64,000 nucleotides of DNA from Gammaproteobacteria bacterium. Its GTDB lineage: Bacteria; Pseudomonadota; Gammaproteobacteria; GCA-001735895. This document shows positions 1 to 9,661 of the stretch, piece by piece. A program made the position numbers and the translations under genes. The stretch lies in NCBI GenBank assembly GCA_022340305.1, contig JAJDOF010000069.1:26277-90276 (forward strand). The letters are read 5' to 3'. Numbering within the stretch: the first letter of the stretch is position 1; every line of letters begins with the position of its first letter. The notes under the pieces are model-generated. The model did not search any database, was not told the DNA's origin, and saw only the letters and a program-made list of their open reading frames with translations.

Positions 1-274
1 GCGCGGTTGCGAGCGCAGTCCGCCAGTTGGAGCGGTACTCATTATTAAGGTGGCGCAAGGTCTGCTCGAGCAGCGCCTCCTTGCTGTGGAAATGAAAAAC
101 AACGTTACCCTGTGAAATTCCAGCGCGCTCGGCGATGCGCGCCAGCGTGGTCTGCGACAAGCCAAGCCTGTCGATGCAATCCATGGTCGCCTCGATTAAC
201 TGGTGCTTGCGAAACTCGCTCTGATGCTTGCGATTGCGGCTCGCGAAATTCTTTGTAGTCACCTGAATGGACAC
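1..274 (-). CDS. TetR/AcrR-family transcriptional regulator, N-terminal HTH part (C-terminus lies beyond the window start)
   Basis: Minus-strand translation V(S)IQVTTKNFASRNRKHQSEFRKHQLIEATMDCIDRLGLSQTTLARIAERAGISQGNVVFHFHSKEALLEQTL shows the TetR helix-turn-helix signature. Possible GTG starts at 274 or 262, with AGGAA upstream. Not in the ORF track because it runs off the edge. Confidence 0.7.
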   Translation of the reverse strand, partial: MSIQVTTKNFASRNRKHQSEFRKHQLIEATMDCIDRLGLSQTTLARIAERAGISQGNVVFHFHSKEALLEQTLRHLNNEYRSNWRTALATA

Positions 275-430
275 GCTATTCCTGTTTCCGTCGGTCGGCG
301 GATACTATTAAATACTGAGCATATAGTCAATAGAAAGCCCTATATCATTGAAATACATTGCAAAAAAGGTAACAATAAATATAATAGCCAGACCTTTTAG
401 AAGTCTATGCCCTTATTCAGGAGAGTCAGC

Positions 431-1837
431 ATGAGCACCTCGGCGGAACTTAAGCAGCGCGATAACCAGTTTATTCACCCCTGGGATGACATCGTCAAAC
501 TAGGCGGTAACCAACGTACTTTATTGGACCGGGGGGAGGGCGTGTATGTTTATGACAGCGAAGGAAACCGTCTGCTCGATGCGCCCGCGGGCATGTGGTG
601 CGTCAATATCGGCCACGGTCGCAAAGAGATGGCGCAGGCTGTGTACGACCAGATCATGGCGTTAACCTATGTTTCGCCGTGGTCGATGACCACCGGGCCG
701 GCAGCACAGTTTGCCGCCGATCTTGCCGAGCTTTCACCGGGCGACCTGAATCATGTGTTCTTCACCACCGGGGGCTCGACCGCGGTTGATTCGGCGCTGC
801 GCTTCGTGCAGTTCTACAACAATATGCGCGGCAAGCGCGCCAAGAAACACATTATTGCGCAAAAGCGCGGTTATCACGGCAGCACCTTTCTGAGCGGTAC
901 GGTTTCGGGGAAAGAGCGTGACAAGAGCAATCTGGATGTTGTTGAAGGCCTGGTGCACCACATCGAAGCACCGGACCTGCTGCAAAAGCCTGCAGGGCAG
1001 TCTGAAGCCGAGTTTCTTGATGCCTGCATCGCCAGCCTTGAAAGCATGATTGCTGAAGTCGGCGCCGATAAATGTGCCGTGTTCGTCGCCGAGCCGATTC
1101 TTGCCTCGGGCGGGGTTATCGTGCCACCCGAGGGTTATCATCAACGATGCCTCGAGGTCTGCCGCAAGCACGACATGTTGTACCTGTCAGACGAAGTGGT
1201 TACCGCTTTCGGACGATTGGGGCATTGCTTTGCTTCCGAGGACGTTTTCGGGATTGTGCCGGACATCATTACCACGGCGAAAGGTCTGACCTCGGGTTAT
1301 ATCCCCATGGGCGCTTTCCTGGTATCAGATCGTCTCATCCAGGAAATCAAGGATCGCGGCGGAGATTCGGCGGTCTTTGCCAATGGCTTTACCTATTCCG
1401 GTCATCCGGTAGCGGCGGCTGCCGGCATCAAGAACCTGGAGATCATGCAGCGTGAAAAACTGTTCGAGCAAGTCCGGGATACCGGACCCTATATGCAGCA
1501 GCAGTTGCAGACCCTGCGCGACATTCCGATCGTCACTGATGTGCGCGGCCTCGGCCTGATGGCCTGTGTCGAGTGCGAGCTGGAAGAGGGCAGCCGCGAT
1601 CTGGATACGGATCTCGCGCTCGGCAGCCGCATCGACCGCCATTGCCAGGCGATGGGGCTGATCGTGCGGCCGCTGATCAACATGTGTGTGATGTCACCGC
1701 CGTTGACGATCACCAGGCAGCAAATCGATGAAATGGTGGCTATTTTGCGCAAGGGCATTTTGCTCGCAATGCAGGATATCGAAAATGAAAAGGCAGGGAC
1801 CAGGAGCGATCATCGCCATCCCTCTCCGGCAGCCTGA
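431..1837 (+). CDS. Class-III (omega-) aminotransferase, PLP-dependent (SpuC / beta-alanine-pyruvate aminotransferase-like)
   Basis: 469-aa ORF. AGGAG sits 6 nt before ATG 431, so the internal start is preferred over 407. Motifs of aminotransferase class III are present: GMWCVNIGHGR..., DEVVTAFGRLG, TTAKGLTSGYIPMG. Confidence 0.85.
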   Translation: MSTSAELKQRDNQFIHPWDDIVKLGGNQRTLLDRGEGVYVYDSEGNRLLDAPAGMWCVNIGHGRKEMAQAVYDQIMALTYVSPWSMTTGPAAQFAADLAELSPGDLNHVFFTTGGSTAVDSALRFVQFYNNMRGKRAKKHIIAQKRGYHGSTFLSGTVSGKERDKSNLDVVEGLVHHIEAPDLLQKPAGQSEAEFLDACIASLESMIAEVGADKCAVFVAEPILASGGVIVPPEGYHQRCLEVCRKHDMLYLSDEVVTAFGRLGHCFASEDVFGIVPDIITTAKGLTSGYIPMGAFLVSDRLIQEIKDRGGDSAVFANGFTYSGHPVAAAAGIKNLEIMQREKLFEQVRDTGPYMQQQLQTLRDIPIVTDVRGLGLMACVECELEEGSRDLDTDLALGSRIDRHCQAMGLIVRPLINMCVMSPPLTITRQQIDEMVAILRKGILLAMQDIENEKAGTRSDHRHPSPAA

Positions 1838-1889
1838 TCCCGCGTTAGCGGGTAATATTTTCTAATCTAATTTAAGCAAGGTAGTAGTA

Positions 1890-3104
1890 ATGAAAGTTGT
1901 ACCAGCAGAAAAAGTGTTTCGTGATCCGGCTGCCCGCCGCGGCTTGCCGGCCTGGACATATAACAATGCGGAATTGACGCAGCTCGAAATGGAAGAGGTG
2001 TTTTTGCGCAACTGGCTGTTCGTCGCGCACGTGTCCGACCTTCCGCGGGCGGGCGATTATAAATGCTTCGACTTCGCCAACGAACGCGCCGTGGTGGTGC
2101 GTGATCAGCAAAAACAGATTCGAGCTTTCCATAACGTCTGCCGTCACCGCGCATCGCGCGTGGTCGCCGATGATAAAGGCCACTGTGGTAATTCGTTTAT
2201 CTGTCCATTCCATGGCTGGTCCTACAATCTGGACGGCTCGCTGAAAAATATTCCCAAGGCCAGTTCGTTTCCGGATATCGATAAATCGCAATTCGGACTC
2301 CAGCCGCTCGATTGCGATGTCTGGCAGGGTATGATCTTCATCCGTTTCGGTGGTGAAGGCCCGTCGATAGCCGAACAGTTTGCCGATGCGGCGGCGGAAA
2401 TCGGCCTGTATCGTATCGAAGAGATGGAGCCACTCGACGATCCATACCAGTATAAATTCAACCTCGACTGGAAGGCGGTGCTCGACATCGACAACGAGGG
2501 TTACCACGTACCCATCGGCCATCCCGAGTTGTTCGACCTGGTTGGCGCAAGCTATACCGACCAGCCGTTGGCGGGAGGGCTGACACGCGCCTGTGGCAGT
2601 TTCAGGGAGCGCAAGCTCAAGCTAGAGCGCAACCGCGATTACGTAGAGGCATTACCCGATAAAAGTTATCTGCCCGAGTCGCACCAGCACCTGTGGATTT
2701 ACTGGGGCATGTTCCCCGGTTTCGTGCTGACGCTGTTTCCCGACCAGATCGAAATTTACCAGATCTATCCGACTGGCTACCAGAAAAGCGTGATGGCTGG
2801 CGTTACCTATGCCCTGCCAGACAAGCGCGCCAGTATGCAACGCGCACGCGCATTGAACCGCGACATCAACATGGACGTCGGTGACGAAGACATCAACCTG
2901 ATTCGCTGGGCGGCCGAGGGCATGCGTTCCAGTGCATTCGACGGAGTGCTGCTGTCAGACCTGGAGCTAGGTGTCGCTGCGTTTCAAAACAGGCTGCGCG
3001 AGTTGCTGCCGGTAGCCAGCCTCGACGAAGTGCCGGAAGAGGGCAGCCTGAAAGATACCAACGAGCGAATGTTGAAGATGGGAAAAGTAACCGCGGTAGG
3101 CTGA
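1890..3104 (+). CDS. Rieske [2Fe-2S] non-haem-iron oxygenase alpha subunit (GbcA/CntA/Stc2-like N-demethylase-type)
   Basis: Rieske motif CRH-x16-CPFH is present (CRHRASRVVADDKGHCGNSFICPFHGWSY). Mononuclear Fe site NEGYHVPIGHPE. 404 aa with a 4-nt gap to the next gene. Confidence 0.85.
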   Translation: MKVVPAEKVFRDPAARRGLPAWTYNNAELTQLEMEEVFLRNWLFVAHVSDLPRAGDYKCFDFANERAVVVRDQQKQIRAFHNVCRHRASRVVADDKGHCGNSFICPFHGWSYNLDGSLKNIPKASSFPDIDKSQFGLQPLDCDVWQGMIFIRFGGEGPSIAEQFADAAAEIGLYRIEEMEPLDDPYQYKFNLDWKAVLDIDNEGYHVPIGHPELFDLVGASYTDQPLAGGLTRACGSFRERKLKLERNRDYVEALPDKSYLPESHQHLWIYWGMFPGFVLTLFPDQIEIYQIYPTGYQKSVMAGVTYALPDKRASMQRARALNRDINMDVGDEDINLIRWAAEGMRSSAFDGVLLSDLELGVAAFQNRLRELLPVASLDEVPEEGSLKDTNERMLKMGKVTAVG

Positions 3105-3107
3105 TTC

Positions 3108-5147
3108 ATGCCGCGAGACTCGCGCTACGATCCGCTGTTCGAGCCCATTCAGCTGGGCCCCGTTACTGCGCCCAACCGTTTTTACCAGGTACCGCATTGC
3201 AGCGGTATGGGCTACCAGCGTCCGCAAATGATGGCGGCAATGCGTGGTGTCAAGGCCGAAGGTGGCTGGGGCGTCGTGTGCACCGAATATTGTTCGATAC
3301 ACGCAAGCTCTGACGACTCTCCCTATCAGAGCGCCAGCCTGCGCGATGCGGACGACATAAGCAACCTGCGCCTGATGACTGACGCGGTACATGCCGAAGG
3401 TGCGCTGGCGGGTGTCGAACTATGGTATGGCGGGTTTACTACCCCGAATCTTTACAGTCGCGAAGTCTCCATGGATGTAGCCAGTCTGGCGAACGAGTCG
3501 ACACAGGGTGTGCCGGTACAAAGCCAGGCGATGACGCTGGACGATATACAGGCATTTCGGCAGATGCATCGCGATGCAGCAAAGCGGGCGCTCGATGCGG
3601 GTTTTGATATCGTTTATGTTTATGGCAATCATGGCTATCTGCTGCACAACTTCCTTAATCCCTATTTCAATCAGCGTGACGATGAATACGGCGGCGTAGC
3701 CGAAAATCGGGTACGACTGCTGCGGGAAGTGATCGAGGACGTTAGCGAAATTGTCTCTGGGCGTGCTGCAGTTGCAGTACGCTATTCGATCCCGCCGCAA
3801 TTCGATATCGATCCCCAGGGATTGATCGAATGTTTTGGATACCTTGCTGAACTGCCCGATCTGTGGGATATCACGGTTAACGATTATCATCTGGAGATGG
3901 GTAGCTCGCGTTTCATCAAGGAAGCGGCAAACCAGGAAGCAATCGCAGGCCTCAGGGCTTTGACCGGCAAACCAATAGTCAGTGTCGGCCGCTTTACCTC
4001 ACCCGATACCATGTTGAGCCAGATCGTCAGTGGCACGCAGGACATGATCGGTGCCGCGCGGCCCTCTATCGCAGATCCATTTCTTCCGCGCAAAATCGAG
4101 CAGGGTCGGCTTGAGGATATCCGCGAATGCATTGGTTGCAACGTTTGCTATGCCCATAATTCACTGGGTGTACCGATTCGCTGCACGCAGAATCCGACCA
4201 TGGGCGAAGAATGGCGACGTGGCTGGCATCCGGAGCGCACTGAGGCACGTCATGCTGATCAGTCGGTGCTGGTGGTGGGTTCCGGACCGGCAGGACTGGA
4301 AGCTGCCTGTGCGCTGGGTCAGCGCGGCTATCGGGTAATCCTGGCCGAGGCCGAGCAGGAACTCGGTGGACGCATCAATCGGGAGTCGCGCCTGCCGGGA
4401 CTGGCCGAATACGCGCGAGTTCGCGACTGGCGCCTGGGGCAATTGCAACGCATGGTCAATGTCGACATCTACCCCGATAACCGGCTCGATGTCGACGCGA
4501 TCGCCGAGCTTGCATGCGAGCACGTCATAATTGCGACCGGGGCCAGCTGGCGCAGCGATGGGGTCGGACGTTGGCGTAATTCGGCCTTCGCTGGTTGTGA
4601 CAGTGACCAGGTGATTGGTGTCGAGCAAATTTTGCGCGGGAAATTACCCGAGGGCAGGGTGGTGATCTATGACGACGATCACTATTATCTCGGCAGTGCA
4701 ATCGCCTTGCTCGCCAGTGCCAGTGGCTGCCAGGTTGCATTGGTGTCGCCTTCAGATTCCCTGGCTGAATGGAGTCATAATACCGAGGAGCATCGTCCCG
4801 TAATGCGGGCATTGATCGAAGCCGGTGTGGAGTTTGTGACTGCCAAAGGGCTGGTTGGTTTCGACCTGGGAAAGGTTCAACTCGAATGCGTTTACAGTGG
4901 TCAGTCGTCGCAACTGGCGGCCGATCAATTGATTCCGATCAGCTCTCGTGTCGCCGATGACGCGTTGTGGATTGCACTCGATCAGCATCGTAGCGAGCTT
5001 CTGCAACACGGGCTTGTGTCGCTTCAGCGTATTGGTGATTGTCGCGCGCCCGGTATTATTGCCGCAGCGGTGTATGCGGGGCATAAGGCCGCGCGTGAGT
5101 TGGGTAGTCGGCAGTCTGAAGTCAAACGTGATCGCGTATTAACATAA
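3108..5147 (+). CDS. Trimethylamine/dimethylamine/histamine-dehydrogenase-family Fe-S flavoprotein (FMN + 4Fe-4S + ADP-binding domain), paralog 1
   Basis: The N-terminus MPRDSRYDPLFEPIQLGPVTAPNRFYQVPHC resembles the TMADH N-terminus, including the Cys used for 6-S-cysteinyl-FMN. A 4Fe-4S motif CIGCNVC...C and a Rossmann motif VVGSGPAGLEAA are present. 679 aa. Confidence 0.85.
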   Translation: MPRDSRYDPLFEPIQLGPVTAPNRFYQVPHCSGMGYQRPQMMAAMRGVKAEGGWGVVCTEYCSIHASSDDSPYQSASLRDADDISNLRLMTDAVHAEGALAGVELWYGGFTTPNLYSREVSMDVASLANESTQGVPVQSQAMTLDDIQAFRQMHRDAAKRALDAGFDIVYVYGNHGYLLHNFLNPYFNQRDDEYGGVAENRVRLLREVIEDVSEIVSGRAAVAVRYSIPPQFDIDPQGLIECFGYLAELPDLWDITVNDYHLEMGSSRFIKEAANQEAIAGLRALTGKPIVSVGRFTSPDTMLSQIVSGTQDMIGAARPSIADPFLPRKIEQGRLEDIRECIGCNVCYAHNSLGVPIRCTQNPTMGEEWRRGWHPERTEARHADQSVLVVGSGPAGLEAACALGQRGYRVILAEAEQELGGRINRESRLPGLAEYARVRDWRLGQLQRMVNVDIYPDNRLDVDAIAELACEHVIIATGASWRSDGVGRWRNSAFAGCDSDQVIGVEQILRGKLPEGRVVIYDDDHYYLGSAIALLASASGCQVALVSPSDSLAEWSHNTEEHRPVMRALIEAGVEFVTAKGLVGFDLGKVQLECVYSGQSSQLAADQLIPISSRVADDALWIALDQHRSELLQHGLVSLQRIGDCRAPGIIAAAVYAGHKAARELGSRQSEVKRDRVLT

Positions 5148-5172
5148 AAAGATTAAGGTATAAGAGTAAGTA

Positions 5173-7227
5173 ATGGCCAGAGATCCAAAGTACGACATCC
5201 TCTTCGAGCCGGTGCAAATCGGCCCGGTCACTGCCCCTAACCGGTTTTTTCAGGTCCCTCACTGCAATTCGCTGGGCCATGGTCGGCCTCGCGCCGAGGC
5301 GGCTAACCGCGCGATCAAGGCCGAGGGAGGCTGGGGTGTCATTTGTACGCAAGAGGTTGAGATTCATCCCAGTTCCGAGGCATCACCCTTTATCGAGGGG
5401 CGTCTCTGGGATGACCGCGACATACCGCAACACCGCCTGATGACCGATGCGGTGCATGAGTATGGTGCGCTTGCGGGCATCGAATTGTGTTACCCCGCGA
5501 TCCACGCAGTCAACTTGTACAGCCGTATCGCACCCATGGCGCCGAGCGCCGGGGTTGCGCACGGCAGTTACCCGACCCATGCGCGCGCGATGAGCAAGCG
5601 AGACATCGCTGACCTGCGTCGTTGGCACGTCGACGCGGCCAGGCGCTCCCGGCAGGCGGGATACGATATCGTCTATCTTTATGCCGGGCACGATATGAGC
5701 CTGTTACAACACTTTTTCAAGAAGCAATATAATCGGCGTAGCGATGAGTACGGCGGTAGCCTTGAAAACAGGGTCAGACTCACAAGGGAGATTATCACCG
5801 ATGTTAAAGAGGCAGTTGGTGATACCTGTGCGATTGCATTTCGCTTTGCGACCGACGAGTTGCTGGGTGCTGACGGGCTGCGATGGGAGAGTGAGGGGAG
5901 GGACATAGTCGGAATGCTCGCCGAGCTTCCGGACCTGTGGGATGTCAACATCAGTGGCTGGGGTAACGATTCTTCGACCGCACGCTTTGAACCCAATGAA
6001 GGCTACCAGGAAGAATACACCGCATTCGTCAAGACCCTGACCAGCAAGCCGGTGGTGGGTGTCGGGCGTTTTACCTCGGCCGATACCATGGTATCTCAAA
6101 TCAAGCGAGGTGTGCTCGACCTGATCGGCGCGGCGCGGCCATCGATAGCTGATCCCTTCCTGCCGCGCAAGATCGATGAAGGCCGTATCGAAGACATACG
6201 CGAATGCATTGGCTGCAACATCTGCGTCGCCCAGGACATGATGGCGGCGCCGATTCGCTGCACGCAAAACCCGACCCAGGGGGAAGAGTGGAAGCAGGGC
6301 TGGCACCCGGAGAAGATTGCAGCGGCGGCCAGCGACGATGCAGTGTTGGTGGTCGGCGCCGGACCTGCCGGGCTTGAGTGCGCGCTGCAACTCGCCAATC
6401 GTGGTTACCAGGTGACCCTTGCCGAGGCGTCGCAGTCCCTCGGTGGGCGAATAAATCGTGAAAGCGAGCTGCCCGGTATGTCGAGCTATACCCGGGTGCG
6501 TGACTATCGTGAATTCCAGCTCAGCCAGAAGGCTAATGTCGATATTTATCTCGAGAATCGATTGACCGCGGAGGATGTGATTGCACTGGAGATTCCACAT
6601 GTACTGGTCGCTACCGGATCGCACTGGCGTAATGACGGCTGTGGTCGCACTCATGCCTTTCCGATCGCCGGTATCGACAGTGTTCGGGCGCTGACTCCGG
6701 ACGATATTTTGGCCGGCGCAGACATCAGCGGACGAGTACTCATCTACGACGACGATCATTATTTCATGGGCAGTACCCTGGCTGAACGCTTACGCGCACA
6801 AGGGCATGAGGTTTGCCTGCTGACCCCGGAGTCGGTGGTTGCAGAATGGACAAAAAACACACTGGAGCAGTCGAAAATCCAGGCGCGCCTACTCGAGCTT
6901 GATGTCGACATCGTGACTTCGCATGCTATATGCGAAGTCCGCCCTGGCGAAGCAACAATCGCAAACGTCTACAGTGACAGGCTGCGGCGTGTGCTTGAAT
7001 TCGATACGCTGCTGATGGTCACCTCACGTGACCCTGACGATAATTTGTTCCAGTCACTTCAGGCTTATCAGGATAGCTTGCAAACACTGCGTGCAATCGG
7101 CGATTGCAATGCCCCCGGCACCGTGGCCGCGGCGGTCTATGACGGGCACTCGGCAGCGCGAGACCTGGAGTCACAACAGGATGTCTACGCACCCCTGTTC
7201 GTACGTGAAATACCAGCGCTGGATTAG
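5173..7227 (+). CDS. Trimethylamine-dehydrogenase-family Fe-S flavoprotein, paralog 2 (tandem duplicate)
   Basis: MARDPKYDILFEPVQIGPVTAPNRFFQVPHC, CIGCNICVAQ...C, VVGAGPAGLECA. 684 aa, roughly 50 % identical to the upstream paralog by eye. Confidence 0.85.
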   Translation: MARDPKYDILFEPVQIGPVTAPNRFFQVPHCNSLGHGRPRAEAANRAIKAEGGWGVICTQEVEIHPSSEASPFIEGRLWDDRDIPQHRLMTDAVHEYGALAGIELCYPAIHAVNLYSRIAPMAPSAGVAHGSYPTHARAMSKRDIADLRRWHVDAARRSRQAGYDIVYLYAGHDMSLLQHFFKKQYNRRSDEYGGSLENRVRLTREIITDVKEAVGDTCAIAFRFATDELLGADGLRWESEGRDIVGMLAELPDLWDVNISGWGNDSSTARFEPNEGYQEEYTAFVKTLTSKPVVGVGRFTSADTMVSQIKRGVLDLIGAARPSIADPFLPRKIDEGRIEDIRECIGCNICVAQDMMAAPIRCTQNPTQGEEWKQGWHPEKIAAAASDDAVLVVGAGPAGLECALQLANRGYQVTLAEASQSLGGRINRESELPGMSSYTRVRDYREFQLSQKANVDIYLENRLTAEDVIALEIPHVLVATGSHWRNDGCGRTHAFPIAGIDSVRALTPDDILAGADISGRVLIYDDDHYFMGSTLAERLRAQGHEVCLLTPESVVAEWTKNTLEQSKIQARLLELDVDIVTSHAICEVRPGEATIANVYSDRLRRVLEFDTLLMVTSRDPDDNLFQSLQAYQDSLQTLRAIGDCNAPGTVAAAVYDGHSAARDLESQQDVYAPLFVREIPALD

Positions 7228-7251
7228 CGTCATCAAGCTCGGGTTGCGGCT

Positions 7252-8172
7252 TCAGGAACCCTTGTTGGCGCCGAGTACATAGAGCATTTCCAGCGCCAGG
7301 GTGGCGCCAGCTAGTGAGGTGATTTCGGCGTGATCATAGGCAGGCGCGACCTCGACCAGGTCCATGCCAACCAGGTTGATGCCCTGTAATCCACGGATGA
7401 TCTTGAGCGCGCGGTCCGATGTCAAACCGCCGATAACGGGGGTGCCCGTGCCGGGAGCATAGCTTGGGTCGAGGCAGTCTATGTCAAAGGTCAGGTAACA
7501 GGGCGTGTCACCAACGCGCTGATGGATGCGCTCGACAATCGCTTCGGCGCTCAGGTCGTTGGCGACGGCGGCGCTGATCACCTCGAACTCGTGCCGGCTC
7601 TCGGTGTATTCGGTGCGTATCCCGATCTGAATGCTCTTGTCCGCGTCGATCAGGCCTTCGCGCGGTGCGTGATAAAACATGCTGCCATGGTTGTAAACGG
7701 CATCTTCCTCGTTATAGGTGTCGGTGTGTGCGTCGAAGTGAATCATCGCCAGTTTGCCGAAATGCGCGTGGTGTGCACGCAGCAATGGCAGTGTAACGAA
7801 GTGGTCGCCACCCAGGCTGAGGGTGGTTTTGCCGGCGGCGAAAAGCCTGGCGTATTGTTCCGCAACGCTTTCAAAAAAGGCCTCGTGGTTGCCGGTGGGG
7901 ACCTCGATATCGCCGTAATCGGCTACACGGATGCGTTCAAACACGTTGAAATCCCAGGGCCAGCGCTTTTCTTCCCAGCGCAGATTGGCGCTGGCGCTGC
8001 GTATGCCATCGGGGCCGCCGCGGGTGCCCGCGCGCCCACTGGTGCCGAGGTCGTAAGGCAGGCCGATGACAAATACGTCGGCGTCGTCGGGGTTGCGGCT
8101 TAATGGTCGGCCCATAAAGCTGAAGCGGTTGGCGTAGATGGAGACACTGTCGATAAAATTGTCGTTAGTCAT
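7252..8172 (-). CDS. Agmatinase/arginase-family ureohydrolase (guanidino-acid or guanidino-amine hydrolase, GbuA/SpeB-like)
   Basis: Mn-binding motifs of the ureohydrolase fold are present: GGDHFVTLPLL, HFDAHTDTY, DIDCLDP. The start was moved to ATG 8172 (MTNDNFIDS...), which overlaps the upstream stop as TAATG. The track's longer start at 8247 overlaps the preceding gene by 76 nt. Confidence 0.8.
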   Translation of the reverse strand: MTNDNFIDSVSIYANRFSFMGRPLSRNPDDADVFVIGLPYDLGTSGRAGTRGGPDGIRSASANLRWEEKRWPWDFNVFERIRVADYGDIEVPTGNHEAFFESVAEQYARLFAAGKTTLSLGGDHFVTLPLLRAHHAHFGKLAMIHFDAHTDTYNEEDAVYNHGSMFYHAPREGLIDADKSIQIGIRTEYTESRHEFEVISAAVANDLSAEAIVERIHQRVGDTPCYLTFDIDCLDPSYAPGTGTPVIGGLTSDRALKIIRGLQGINLVGMDLVEVAPAYDHAEITSLAGATLALEMLYVLGANKGS

Positions 8173-9614
8173 TAAAGATACCAGTCGTATTCGCGCGCGT
8201 TGATGTGATTTTCGAAAGCGGTCGTTTCTGCCGCGCGATGGCGACAATATAACTCGATGAATTCGCGGCCCATGATGTCACTCAGTTCCACGCTGTCGAG
8301 CGTGCGCGCAAGCGCCGTGCGCATGTCCAGTGGCAGGCTTTCGTCACGCCCGACGACGGCCTGATCGGTGGCCTCACCCGGATCAAGCTTGTTCTGGATG
8401 CCGTGCAGCATTCCGGCCAGGGTGACGGCCATCGCCAGGTAAGGATTCGCATCCGCACCGGGAACACGATTTTCCACGCGCCATGCGCCCTCTTTGGCGT
8501 GGGGAATGCGAAACGCCACGGTTCGATTTTCATTTCCCCAGGTCAGGCTTACCGGCGCACAGCTGGTGCCACCCCGGTAGCGCCGGTAGGAATTGATATT
8601 GGGAGCCCAGAATGACATCGCCGCGGGCATGGTCGCAAGCAGGCCACCGATGGCGTGGTACAGCCGCGCATGCCCTTTGCGGGGACCTGCAAAAATATTC
8701 TTGCCCTGGTCGTCGACCACGCTGATGTGCATGTGCAGTCCATTGCCGGCGAATGCGAGCAACGGCTTGGCGATGAAACTGGCGCCCATGCCGTGCTTCT
8801 TGGCGATTTCGACGACGATGCGCTTGAACAGGCAGGTTTCATCTGCGGCTCTAAGCACATCGGCATGGTGATTGAAATTGATCTCGAACTGGCCCGGCCC
8901 GAGTTCCGCTGAAATCGCGCCGGTGTCGATATTTTGCATTTCGCAGGCGTGAATAATGTCGTCGATGACTGTCTCAAAATCACCGATGCGCGCGCTCGAT
9001 AACACCGTTGCGGTATCCTTGCGGCCGGTTTTGGGATTGCGCACGATTTGTAACAGGTCATCCGCATCGCGCTGGGCCGCGAACAGGTAGAACTCGAGCT
9101 CGAAGGCGACCATGGGGCGCCAGTGCCTGGCTGCGTAGGCATCCACTACTTTCTGTAATACATAGCGCGGTTCGAACCAGCTTGGTTGGTCGCCATCACA
9201 GGTTGTCGCGACCACCTGGGCGCGGGCCTCGCGGCCCCAGTCGTTCAGACAAAGGCTGCCGGGTACCAGGTAGAAATGTGCATCCGGATCACCATCGTCG
9301 ATTCCATAGTAAAGGCCATCGAGCGGTTCGCCGAGCGTACTGAGCGTAAACATGCTCGCCGGCATCGCGAGTCCTTCTGCCGCGAAGCTTGCCAGTTTGT
9401 CGATGGGGTAGCGCTTGCCGAAGTAATGCCCACAGATATCCGTGACTAAAACCTCGAATTGCGTGAGATCCGGATAGGCTTTCAGAAACTGGTTGACTTC
9501 GCGTTTGAGACGCTGGCTTTGCTGAGCTTTCATAAACTTCGGGCTACTCTGGTCATCGATAGTTTTGTGATCACGGGCGCAGGCATTTTCGAGGCCGTTG
9601 ACCTGGGTTGTCAA
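8172..9614 (-). CDS. Glutamine-synthetase-family gamma-glutamyl-amine ligase (PuuA/PauA-like)
   Basis: 480-aa GS-like catalytic domain (…FELEFYLF…, …GLHMHISV…, NPYLAMAV). Translationally coupled to the ureohydrolase. Confidence 0.8.
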   Translation of the reverse strand: MTTQVNGLENACARDHKTIDDQSSPKFMKAQQSQRLKREVNQFLKAYPDLTQFEVLVTDICGHYFGKRYPIDKLASFAAEGLAMPASMFTLSTLGEPLDGLYYGIDDGDPDAHFYLVPGSLCLNDWGREARAQVVATTCDGDQPSWFEPRYVLQKVVDAYAARHWRPMVAFELEFYLFAAQRDADDLLQIVRNPKTGRKDTATVLSSARIGDFETVIDDIIHACEMQNIDTGAISAELGPGQFEINFNHHADVLRAADETCLFKRIVVEIAKKHGMGASFIAKPLLAFAGNGLHMHISVVDDQGKNIFAGPRKGHARLYHAIGGLLATMPAAMSFWAPNINSYRRYRGGTSCAPVSLTWGNENRTVAFRIPHAKEGAWRVENRVPGADANPYLAMAVTLAGMLHGIQNKLDPGEATDQAVVGRDESLPLDMRTALARTLDSVELSDIMGREFIELYCRHRAAETTAFENHINAREYDWYL

Positions 9615-9661
9615 TGTTTCTCAAGCAGAAAAAGTGATCACAACACGGGTGAAATCACTGT

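Noticed and set aside
5704-6759. 351-aa minus-strand ORF inside TMADH paralog 2. Similar large antisense ORFs occur at 17116-18021, 18345-19184, 12956-13606 and 63336-63983.
   Set aside because: They lie entirely within strongly supported genes on the opposite strand (TMADH, tmcA, DUF924/yihY, fadE, tkt) and show no protein-like motifs. These are shadow ORFs typical of GC-rich DNA.
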